Both the position numbers and the translations under genes were made by a program. Positions 1 through 11,202 of a stretch of DNA of 36,421 nt are shown here, in pieces (position 1 is the first letter of the stretch; every line of letters begins with the position of its first letter). The notes under the pieces were generated by a model. The model saw nothing but the letters and a program-made list of their open reading frames with translations. It made no database searches and was not told the DNA's origin. Source of the stretch: Catajapyx aquilonaris (taxonomy: Eukaryota); assembly GCA_000934665.2 (NCBI GenBank), contig JYFJ02003932.1, positions 1-36,421 on the forward strand, read 5' to 3'.

Positions 1-185
1 TACACAGGCCGTCGACGGTTTTGGCCTGTGTGTATGGGCCTTAAAGTTCAGCGCGGTCCGGTAGGGTCGCCACATAATGTAGCAGTGAAAGGCGGTCTCA
101 TGGCGCTCTCAAGTGAGCACCTCATGCAAAACACCCCGGCAGGCGATAAGAGGGAGTGACCAGACCTGAGTATTCTAAGACCATG
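1..185. mobile_element. Right half of palindromic MITE family A (copy 1, cut by the window start)
   Basis: 45-185 closely matches the right arms at about 3190-3328 and 14170-14309 and ends in AGTATTCTAAGACCATG. Bases 1-34 form a different imperfect central palindrome (TACACAGGCC...GGCCTGTGTGTA). Confidence 0.85.
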
Positions 186-523
186 GGTGTGACCATCTCT
201 AAAAATCTACGCATCAATCCAGCCGTCTGATTAAAGCCAAGAAAGCGTACATTAACGCACAATGTAAATCGAAGAACCAGAGTCATACAGCACACTGTAA
301 TTTCACTTGGGGCGTGTTCGAAAGCCCGCGAAAGCCTCTCGTTAATACGACATATTAGGTACATTCGGACAGCCATCCGGATTGAAGCCCAGCCGGTCTC
401 GGAAGTGTCAATCCTGTGGACAAAAGCCGGACTTGCGCCATAGCCGGTGCTATACTAGCGTGCGATAGCGATTGAAGGATGGCACTCACGAGAGAATATT
501 AATAATAATGTAGGCGTCGGCAG

Positions 524-544
524 CCCCCCCCCCNCCCCCCCCCC
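524..544. repeat. poly-C tract containing an N
   Basis: Homopolymer run with n at 534, so true length is uncertain. Confidence 0.9.
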
Positions 545-1902
545 TTCCCATGCTCCCTCTGTCTCCTCCACCCTGCCATCCCCGCCAGTAAAGGCGGCCT
601 TCTGGAATGGTGCTGCAGCGGTAATTAAAAAGAGTCAAATGAATGGATGGCATGCGGGAAGAGCGCAGTGGAAGGGGCCAAGTAATAATCTGCGTTTAGA
701 GCCGGAGCAGTACTCGTGAAAATGTGCGTTGCGGCTAAATTTCATACAGGGAGTGCAATCTGGGCGCAATTACCGTTATTAAAACACGTAGTAGAGTGGG
801 AGCGAAAGTAAAACGCTCCGATTTGGAAGACGGTCCTCTTTATTTCTGATTGCGGCACTGAAATTATCTCAGCGATGTTAGGTTTTCGGCGGAAAGCACG
901 CTCGGATGCTTTATTGAGGTTGGAGAGATGTGGCCTCTATTTTTCCAGCTCTAATTAAATACTTGATGATCGGGCTTGAATTTTTGCAGTGTCGCCTGCT
1001 ATGACGGGTCGCATTTTTTACGGGCCGATACAATGCGGTGCACATGTGTTGTGAAGCCTTATTGTCTCACAAGGCTGCTTTGGGGGGGGGGGGGTAATAA
1101 GGAGTGCTCGTACGATGGCTCTATAATTTATGCTTTTTATGAATGTATAAAAGTGGTGCATGCGAGCTTGCAAGGCAATTTACGCGAAAGGCACACACTC
1201 CAGATTGTTTTTTATATATATTTACAGGGTGAGTTTGTGCTTCATAAATTTATTCCTGAAACGGGTCTCCGGTGATTGTGCTGAGCTGTCACTTTATTGG
1301 GTAATCAACTCGAAATAGACCACCCCTTACATGAAGGCCTGTAACAATCAAAGTTTCCGTTTTCCCCAAATGGAGGGAAAACACTCCTGGCTTCCTCTTC
1401 GTTCCTGTAATAGTTTGAATGTCGAGGGACGTAGTAGCATTTATTGTTGCCTGCCATGCAAAAAAGAAATTTTCGAGGGAGGGAGAAAAGTCCTCTTACT
1501 ACAAGTGAAACTCTTCTGACGTGTTTTCTCTCCCAAGAACTTCTTTGGGGAAATTGAGCCACTATAATGAATCAATGACCCGGCGTATTAACCTGCACGG
1601 AATCTTTTGACTCCTAGCACTAATGGCACTATCCAGACTACACTACACAATGGAGACAAAAGCATATGACTATAGAGACTTATACACTGAGCGGTCATGA
1701 ACCCTAAATTCTGCTCATCAAAATAATTGCTGCTGCTATTTTTTGCGACTATGGTTGTTTTCATCTGCGTGGGAAGGTAAATAATTTCTGTCCGATAATT
1801 AGGATAACTGATGGCAATGTGATTCTTTCCCTGGGTAGCGTTGTGGAAAGTGTCGCGCTTGTCACTGGGTCAACCACTGTATGATCCGGCTGGCGCTGCT
1901 AT

Positions 1903-1927
1903 CCCCCCCCCCCCCCCCCCCCCCCNC
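1903..1927. repeat. poly-C tract containing an N
   Basis: Homopolymer run with n at 1926. It explains the poly-Pro/poly-Gly in ORFs 1841..2095 and 1870..2091. Confidence 0.9.
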
Positions 1928-2958
1928 ACCACCACCATTTTTCCAGTTATAATTGCGGTAATGCATTGCTTCCAAAAGACATGCTCACGTGATTTATTGT
2001 GTCGCATCTGTATTGTTAGTATAACGTCATATTTTTGGAAATGTGTTCGGTGCGTTGCAGTTCCACTCCAGCTTAAAGGAATGGCTGTCATTTGACAAGT
2101 TTGGCTCCAAAAATGTGACCAAATTTACTGGGTCTGTTTCCCCTACTTTTTCCCTACCCTGATGACTATGACGATGCTAATTAGAGCAGACTAGGTCTTA
2201 ATTGCTGTGGACGCAGGATGATAGTCACATACAAGGAGACTTCAGCAAAGGCCTGCCACTTATTCGACCCCGTCCTGTTATTGAAAGCAGCTTTCGTAAC
2301 CAAGACACCTAGACTGGACATCAAGCTACATGCAATATTCATGCCAATCACAGCAACAATGTGGCTTGCTTTCTGCGCATCAGCAAGTGGGTAAAAGCAG
2401 GAGAGAGCAATATCATCAGTGGTACTGACCTAGTTTGTTCGCTGAGGACCATGGGGAAGGATGGCTGCCTGTATGCCTCCATCATCTCGGGCGAGGTCCA
2501 ATTCACCCACAACCCGATGTCACGAAATGATTGCAGGTAGGCCTACCATGGTCTCTAAGCGAGTCTGCGATGACAAGATCCGACAGTTTACTTGGCGAGA
2601 CTTTCCATGACATGGGGCTAGCGTGAGGTATCATGACATTGGCCCAATCTCACAATAAAAGAGTACTTCAGTTCTCTCCTTCCCTATAATAAGTGATCGG
2701 TTTTGACAGAGGGATATAATTCCGTAAGCCCTGATAATTGCCCAATTTCACTCTCGCGCCATCTATGTCTATGTTTCAAATGGCGTCACCTATTTGGGGG
2801 AAGGAAGATGTGGTGTTCTATTATAAGTATAGGTATCTTGGGTCTCCGCAGCAGTTACCGAGATAATGGGCATCAAAAGCAATGCATAAAATATCCTGAA
2901 AGGCATGCGCCCCTGCACGCGACCTTACCTTTTTCATTTAAATTATTTTGGTTGGTAC

Positions 2959-3328
2959 TGTACCAGCCCCCGGACACTACCTCTACGTTCTTATCTTATC
3001 GCCTGCCGGGGCATTTTGCATGAGGTGCTCACCTGAGAGCGCCATGAGACCTTTCATGGAGCATTTATGTGGCGACCCTACCGGACTACGCTGAACTTAG
3101 GTAGAAGGAAGCCGCTACATGCGGGCCCAACATGGCCGCCGGCGACCATGTTGGGTCCCCCAATGTAGCGCTTCCCTTTTGTACCTATAAAGTTCAGCGT
3201 AGTCCGGTAGGGTCGCCACATAAATGCTCCGTGAAAGGTCTCATGGAGCTCTCAGGTGAGCACCTCATGCAAAACGCCCCGGCAGGGGGTAGGTGGGAGT
3301 GTCCATACCTTAGTATTATATGACCAGG
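2959..3328. mobile_element. Palindromic MITE family A copy 2, possibly hAT-type, left terminus degraded
   Basis: Long inverted arms around the core CCAACATGGCCGCCGGCGACCATGTTGG. An 8-bp direct repeat GTTGGTAC flanks it (2951-2958 and 3329-3336), consistent with a hAT-like target-site duplication (TSD). Confidence 0.85.
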
Positions 3329-4945
3329 GTTGGTACCGTGCAATATAAATTTACGATACGATCCATTTAGGAGTACAGGCTGTGGCTAGGCGATGGAAGC
3401 ATCGTAGGCTACATCCGTGACATAAAGATGCTACGCGTATAATGCACTCTTTATTTGATGCTAATTATTTTGATACATGTGATGCAGAGACCCATGATTC
3501 CTACACTTAAAATGATCGCCTAGAACCCCTCTACCATCCCCCGAATCAAAGGCAAGTTAAATTCCCGCACCTTGTATAATATACAGTACAGTACTGTACA
3601 GTATAGTCTGAGGAATCTAAGATCTAATGTGTACACCCGCAAGGAGACTTGTTCAGTGCGTTTTTTGCTACACGGCAGGGCCTTTGAGCACATGCTTTGA
3701 GACACCCAACCACACCAATTACAACGGCTCCTTTCAGAGTCACCAAATTAATCCGTTGAGAGAAATGAGAGTACGTTCGCCTATGTTTGTCGTTTGACAA
3801 TATTATTTTCCTACCTGATAACACTGTTCGACAAGGAAAAATTTTCTCGGGTAATAATATCTGTTCCCATAAGGTCTTATGCCGCTGATTCCAAATCTGT
3901 TATTAGAATTGAGCTGTCAGGCACAGTTTTTGAGATACTGTATATCGTTTTAAAGTTTGGAACGGTTTACTAGGGGTCTTTCCGAATCAAGTGGGCCTAA
4001 ATGTTGCTAGACAGTCTCGGATCTTGATGAAAATAATCAAAGATGTACTCAACTATTCCGTAATGCTGATTATAAAGTTTCAGCCATATTTCGCAATACC
4101 ATGGTGAGGGAAAAATGCAACAATCTGGAAATGGCTGAAAATGAGGCCTTTTTTGGCGAATTTCTTTCGGTTAGTGGAAATGGTCAAACCCCAATGAACA
4201 TATATATCAAAAGAAAGAGAAATAACACGAAAATGCGCCTATGGAATTGGTTTTCCTCTAAAATGCAAAAATAAAATTTTGTAGCATTTCATTTGCCCAA
4301 GAATGGTGACCTCAACAATTAGTGATGTCAGGCACAGTTTTTCAGATATACTGCATTTACCGCATTTACTAATAGACTATCTATGGATAAATGCAGTATA
4401 TCTCAAAAACTGTGCCTGACAGCACAGGTCTAAGTACAGACTTGGAATCAGGGCGAAAAGTATACTATAGGAACCACTTTTCACATCTTCAGAAAGAGCA
4501 AAAAGGTTTTTATAGAATAGTGAAATTAACCGGTACATCTGCAAAACATATATATTATTTTCTAGCAAACCATGCATGACCCAGGCCTCAAGCATAACAT
4601 GAACCTTATGTCGGTCACAACTAGTGTCACCAAATATGGCTGATGTAATGCAAATACATCACTAATTGTTGAGGTCACAATTCTTGGGCATGTGACTGAG
4701 CAAGTGACCAATGAAATGCTACAAAATGTAATTTTTACATTTTAGAGGAAAACTAATCCCATAGACGCATTTTCCTGGTGTTTCCCTTTCTTTTGATATA
4801 TAATTATGTTCATTGGGTTTTGACCACTTCCACTAACCGAAAAAAAATCGCCAAAAAAGGCCTCATTTTCAGCCATTTCCATATTGTTGCGTTTTTTTCC
4901 CTCACCATGGTATTGCGAAATATGGCTGAAACTTTATAATCAGCA

Positions 4946-5841
4946 TCTCTATATCTAGGCCTATAAATGAGGATGTTTGTGAGTTTGTTTGTGAGTTTCT
5001 TTGTCCCTTATAGAAATCCATGGGAAGGCCCCTACACCGCCTTTAATTTGCATATCGGGGGTTACATTTTCCAAGGAAACTAACGCAGCATATTTCAACT
5101 TCCGAAAAGGAACCTAACTCCCACAACACGCATATTCCCGAATCTTCTCACTAGCGGGCCTCAACACTTAACTTACATAAACAACAATATAACAATATAG
5201 CTAAATTCCCATGGAAATGCTCTTATACAACCATACCTAGCAAATTCAACCATCGCCGTAAATTCAACGCATCCACCAATTACGCTAATAGGCCACCTGA
5301 CGTGAGTTCGTATCGTATGGTCATTCCGGGATTTTGTGGGATTTTAAAGTAGACTTCCAGACAAAAATAAATACAATAAAATAATACAGTATATTTACAA
5401 ATATTACTCCGTGTTGAAAACAAAATTTCCCACCATTCATCTGTACGTATACATTTCTAAAGTTCTTCAGAGCAAACATATGGAACGAGGTGGGTGTGTG
5501 AAGTGTGGTTGGGGGGTCAAGGGATCCAAAAATGCTGGGGAAAAAACACATGATGGCTGTGCAGTCTTTTCCTGGGCCACCTTCATCCGCATTCCTCTTT
5601 TTACAAATCCAATCAGAATATCTGTGTCGACTATAAGCTATAAGTGAAGCAGGTAATCGATCAGAGATAGTGACAAACTTTGGCTTATTGTAACTTATAA
5701 GACCTATTTTAAGACATATCGAGTTTCGAGTGTATGGAAGGGAAATTTTTACAAACAAACACACTTCCTAAAATACTGAATATGTACCCCTACCTTTGCC
5801 AGAACCCGAACATATCCGGGCAACGCCTGGTAACCTGCTAG
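4946..5841 (+). mobile_element. Non-autonomous Helitron (copy 1)
   Basis: 5' TC start (TCTCTATATC) after an A, 3' GC-rich hairpin CCGGGCAACGCCTGG, then CTAG followed by T. No TSD. Homologous along its length to the reverse complement of 6833-7679. Confidence 0.85.
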
Positions 5842-6650
5842 TAACCTACCTGCTAGAGGAATCATGCACCTTTTGCACCACACTGTGTTTACCATTCAAA
5901 ACGTCTCATACAAGTTTTTCAAAGAAATTAGTGTAGGCCTACATTGCATGACATCGATTTAATGATATTTCCCAAACCCCTAAATATAAGGTGACCTTGT
6001 ATACTGTGTGTAGTTGAAACTTTGAAATGTATTGCTATATCTGATGGGCATATAAGTCAGCAATGAAGAACAGTAATATTATTGCTGGAGCAGAAGCCAC
6101 CAGGATTCGTTGATTTCATATGACCAGAAAGGATTCATCAATAAAACTTTTCAACTACAGCTCTACCATAGTATACGTATATTGTGGATACAACCTGCGA
6201 CACTTCCATCGCTTCCGGTCATTGCCTGTTATACCTCATGAGCAGCTTAATCTTCCATCCTCTTCCATCGCATGATGTCATCTAAAATAAAGACGGAAAG
6301 AAGGCCTAAGTCGGTGGACTGGTGGAGGGATGCATACCTGCCAGGATATTTTGAACGGTTTTCATACTAATATTTCTATAACAAGGTTGCGGATTCCGTC
6401 CCTGGCAGACTAACATGATGCTCATGACTCTTATTTCACTTGTAGAATGCCACAAATGGCTCCTCTCGAAGTGAGAGACACGGAAAACCCTCATTGCGCG
6501 TAGTTTTTCTCGCCATTTACACTATTACCGCACATGAGCTGATCGAGGGGGTCTCTACTTCTACGGTTAGAAAGAGGACAAATTTCATTAAACGCACCAT
6601 GCAAAGTAACAAACATTTTTAATAAATAACAATCAACAACTATAACAATA

Positions 6651-7768
6651 CACTGAGTGTACTCCCGATTATCCGTGCTAATGAACGTACGGGCATGCTC
6701 GGATAATCCGAAAATGGTCCTAGTTACCGTAAAAATGAGCTATTCACATTTCACAGGTTTTGAATTAACTACTGTACGTACTGTATGGTGCTTTAAATAA
6801 GGTTGAATTAAAATAATAAAACTTACATTTCACTAGCAGGTTACCCGGCGTTGCCCGGGTATGTTTGGGTGCTGGTAAAGGTAGGGGTACACGTATATAT
6901 ACAGTATTTTAGGAAGTGTGTTTGTTTGTAAAAATTTCCCTTCCTTACACTCGATATGTCTTAAAATAGGCCTTATAAGTTGCAATAAGCCAAAGTTTGG
7001 CACTATCTGTGATAGATTACCTGCTTGTCTTATAGCGTATAGTCGACACAGATATTATGATTGGATGTGTAAAAAAGAGGAATGCGGATGGAGTTGACCC
7101 AAGAAAAGACTGCACAGCCATGTGTTTTTTCCCCTGCATTTTTGACCCCTTGACCCCCCAACCCCACTTCACACCCCCACCTCGTTCCATAAGAAATGTA
7201 CGTACAGATGCCTGGTGGGGAAATTTGTTTTCAACACTGAGTAATTTTTGTGAGAACTGTATTTTGTATTTATTTGTGTTTAGAAGTATAATTTCAAATC
7301 CCACAAAAATCCCGGAATGACCATACGACACGAACTCACGTGATGTGGCCAATATATTCGCGTAATTGGTGGATGCGTTGAATTCACCGGCGATGGTTTA
7401 ATTTGTTAGATATTGTTGCATAAGGGCATTTCCATGGGAATGCGAATAGATATTATTGATGTTTATGTAAGTTAATAGTTGAGGCTCGAGTAGTGAGAAG
7501 ATTCGGGAATATGCGTGTTGTGGGTGTTAGGTTCATTTTCGGAAGCTGAAACATGCGACGTTAGATTCCTTGGAAAATGTAACCCCCGATATGCTAATTT
7601 AAGGCGGTGTAGGGACCTTCCCTGGATTTCTATAAGGGACAAACAAACTCACAAACATCCTTATTTATAGATATAGAGATTTCCCTTTTGGAAAAATTCT
7701 ATTACATTTCTTGGTTCGCGAGACTTGTTTGACGGATAATCCGCACCCGAATAATCGGAAATACAGTG
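6651..7768. mobile_element. Degenerate pogo/Tigger-like MITE interrupted by Helitron copy 2
   Basis: Left end TA|CACTGAGTGTACTCCCGATTATCCG versus the reverse complement of the right end CACTGTATTTCCGATTATTCG. CGGATAATCCG motifs recur near both ends. Confidence 0.5.
6833..7679 (-). mobile_element. Non-autonomous Helitron (copy 2)
   Basis: The minus strand starts A|TCTCTATATCTATAAATAAGG and ends with hairpin CCCGGGCAACGCCGGG followed by TAACCTGCTAG|T, the canonical A^T insertion. Confidence 0.88.

Positions 7769-7813
<45 letters not shown>
7769..7813. repeat. (TGA)15 microsatellite
   Basis: Perfect trinucleotide run, the source of the poly-Ile in ORF 7665..7850. Confidence 0.95.
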
Positions 7814-7814
<1 letters not shown>

Positions 7815-10792
7815 TGAATAAATAAATAAAAATATGTAGTCCTGCTGCATATCTGAGTCGCTCAGTTCCGCGAATTTTCGTGAATTTTCATTTTCGTGAT
7901 GTTTCTCTTTCTTTTGATATATATGTTTACTGGGGTTTGACCACTTGCACTAACCGAAAGAAATTCGCCAAAAAAAGGCCTCATTTTCAGCCATTTCCAG
8001 ATTGTTGCATTTTTCCCTCACCATGGTATTGCGAAATATGGCTGAATTTTTATAGGCAGCATTAAGGAATAGTTGAGTACATATGTGATTATTTTCACCA
8101 AGATCCGAGACTGTCTAGCAACATTTAGGCCCACTTGATTCGGAAAGACCCCTAGTAAACCGTTCCAAACTTTAAAACGATATATTTCAAAAACTGTGCG
8201 TGACAGAAATCTTCTGAGCGGATATTCGGATTCAGCGCAAAAGTTACAATAGAAATCACTATTCAAATCTTCAGATAATATAATAAAGTCCAATTTTGTA
8301 GGACAGTGTAATTGGCGCATGGTTCTTTTGATTATTAGCCTCCCAGGTCATGGGTACAACTTCATTTTTTCCAGTCCGAATGGATCCTGCAGCCACCATG
8401 GTTTCCGGTAATGTTTCCACCCAAGCTAATATTTTTGATAACCACGGAAATAACTTATTAATAATAAGTGGTTTAGTGCGAAAAATGGCAAGAGCAATCG
8501 GACAAGTACTTTGAATTACTCTGCATATATGAGCAAAGAAAATTCAAATACGTCTTACATCTCACACAACACTTTCCTATCGCGTCAGCTGAATGGGCCC
8601 GAACATAGGCCTACAAGAGTACAATACATTCCTGCATGCCACTATTACCTCTTCGCATTGTAACATAAAGAAACAAAAAATACATGGGCTGATCCCATCT
8701 AACACACTTTTCGTCGTACGATTTCGTCGAGATTTTTACCTAGCATTTTGCCGATATCGCATTCAAACTTTCATTCATAGTATCAAAATAATGATGTCTA
8801 GACAGCAGAGACAAATAAACCTGTCTAGTTCCATAAGTAGCCGTACTCATAGTAACTTTCACTAACCCCATCACTTATGGTCGAGCTCTCGCGTGGCACG
8901 GACTATATTCCCATCGGGGAGCCAAGTGCTGCTTTGACTAACATATGTTCATGTATGGATTAGTCATTTGTACATGCCTGTTTTCGGCACATGCAGAAGA
9001 GTGTTTACACAGTGTGGCATACTGTGTGGACACTATAATGACTAGCATAGGCCAGTGGAGTGGGGCAGTCAAGTGCGTATCATACATCTTTGGTGGGTTT
9101 CCTCCCGCTGAGTGCCTGTAACAGCATGTTCTTGGCTCCTACCATCTGGCACCCATTGAAACATGCGCAAAACGGAATGATTTGGTTAGGTGAAATAGTC
9201 ATCGTCTGCACACTCAGGCCCGGATGAAGCCTATTTCGTAAAGGAGGATGGTGTTAAACAAAAAAAAGGAGGAAAAAAGAAGACTAGAAGGAGGAGGAAA
9301 AGAAAAGGGAAATGAGTCGAGGGAGTGACAATAAGGGATTGGGAATCGTGCGAGCGGAACGAGGCCCGCAAGGGGAAAAGCCAGATTTATTCGTACAAGG
9401 CGCCTAGGATCCTTCAGCTGGTGACACACAATTCAATGATAATGCTAATTAGGGTCCCGCTGACTGATACACGCCGCCGCCTCCTACTAATGGAAATGTC
9501 CACACACACTTGCGACGCCGTCAGAGCCTTCTTTTCCTTCTGGGAGGACCCAGACAGGGCTGCAAATTATTCTGTCAGCAGCTGGCAACACACGCACTCC
9601 AACCCAGCTTCCAAATCACCAAATCCCAGATTTTCCCTCATTTTTGCCCAGAAACAACAATAGGGCATACGACCCAAATTACTTGCCCGGATTCTTTCAA
9701 TGCCGACTCTGCTGGGCCAGATATGAAAAAAGCGCTCTTTCAAGTGCTAATCAGGGTCTCTGAGGTGGATGCTGCCCTAGGGAGAACAACCCAAAAAAAA
9801 AATCCAAATCAAATCGGGAGGGCCAGTAATCACCCAGCTCGCATAGGACCATCCAACTCACGCCCAGAGATCGATTTCAAAATGAAACGAATCATACATA
9901 AATAACTAGTGTGACCGATTGCATGAATAGCATTCGTAAATTAGGATGTTTCACGCTGCATCCGGACTGGAGCTCTCCCGGAAAAAAGTCTGTCTGGATT
10001 CCTACTGGGAAAATTGATTTTCTATCCGGATGAGCTGGAGAAAAGAAAGAAATACTGTATGTAACCCATCATACTTCTCTGTCGCAATCTTTCCAGAGGG
10101 CATTTCATCTGCTGGAAATGATGGCGGACAATGTGCATGCCAGACCAAACTTATTGCTACCCATCACAACTTCTCGCACTCTTTTCATCGAATATTATTC
10201 ACTACTTACAACTATGCACGCTCATTGAGAAAAGCAGTGAGCTAGAGCTCTGGCAAGGTTGTATTATTATTTTCATTACTCTCATACCTCTCAGCAGTAT
10301 ACGTATACTGAGTGAGAGCCAATGAAATAACCATATGGCCGTATATTGCCAGAAGTAGAGTAGACACTTTTTAAAGTTTTAACTCGACCGTGTAGACACA
10401 GACACACAGTGCTTCTCTGCGAGATGGCCATAGCACACGATTTAACGCTGTAACCACTACCTTTTTCCCTAGTCGTAAAACTACGTGTCATTAACTGGGT
10501 CCCTTCATTAGCACATTATCAATGACTACGTGAAGCGGTGCTTTTTATAAGCCTCCCATGCACAAAGGTGGGGCTCTAACTAGTTGGAAAACTAGCAGTA
10601 TAATTAATCAGTATTTTAGGCCAAGAGAATTGTGTCCAGGTTTTTAAATCGGACTGTTAATTATTCTGTTACAGATAGTAAATTCACTGGTTGTTTTAAT
10701 TTTTGAATAATGAGCAGAGCTGATACGCATCGTTCAGTCGATGATGGTGCATAGTGCATATGTCCGGTAGGAGATGTACTGTACGGTACGTA

Positions 10793-11202
10793 TCAGTACC
10801 GTTCTTAAAGAATGGTAGGCCTACTACTCTATATGGACGAAATGTTTATTGTGTTCCCAATCTCTGGGTCGCCAGCATGTTTTTAGGGGTCAGCACGATG
10901 AAGTCCGGGAAAAGGGAATCAAAATAAAATAAAAAATATAAGAAAAAAACAAAGCAAAGTAGAAAAATTTTAGGGGGGGGGGGATTCGCATCAAATCTAC
11001 GTAAGCATCGCACCTGGTTGAACATTTTGGCAATTAAAAATTTTACTTTAAAATCTGGATGGGTCATACGAGTCACCAGAGGTCCAGCAAATGTTGTCCA
11101 TAGGGTTTCGTCGAAATAAGGTTGGGAATAATGATGGATAATCAGGATACACATTTCGTCCATAATTTATAGAGTCGTACCATTCTTTATGAACGAAACT
11201 GG
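10793..11202. mobile_element. Degenerate TA-flanked Tc1/mariner-type MITE
   Basis: Imperfect terminal inverted repeats (TIRs) of about 50 bp: left TCAGTACCGTTCTTAAAGAATGGTA...TGGACGAAATGT versus reverse complement of right CCAGTTTCGTTCATAAAGAATGGTA...TGGACGAAATGT. TA on both sides. Confidence 0.65.

Larger units (their letters stand above)
3822..8308. mobile_element. Non-autonomous Chapaev3-like (CMC superfamily) element or composite with nested insertions
   Basis: Termini CACTG...CAGTG are flanked by TAA on both sides (3819-3821, 8309-8311). Inverted arms 3914-4235 and 7889-8206, an extra inverted arm 4656-4945 matching 4063-4328, and the subterminal motif AAAACTGTGC(C/G)TGACA present four times. 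CACTG ends with a 3-bp TWA TSD are typical of Chapaev3. Confidence 0.65.

Noticed and set aside
5321..7352. ORFs 5321..5764, 5411..5647, 7017..7352 and 7057..7320 that resemble each other
   Set aside because: The similarity arises because they lie in the two Helitron copies. Frames are not conserved between copies and there are no Rep/helicase motifs.
10295..10320. ACGTATACTGA matches the start of miR-iab-4, within the palindrome CAGTATACGTATACTG
   Set aside because: The match stops after about 11 nt and there is no proper precursor hairpin.
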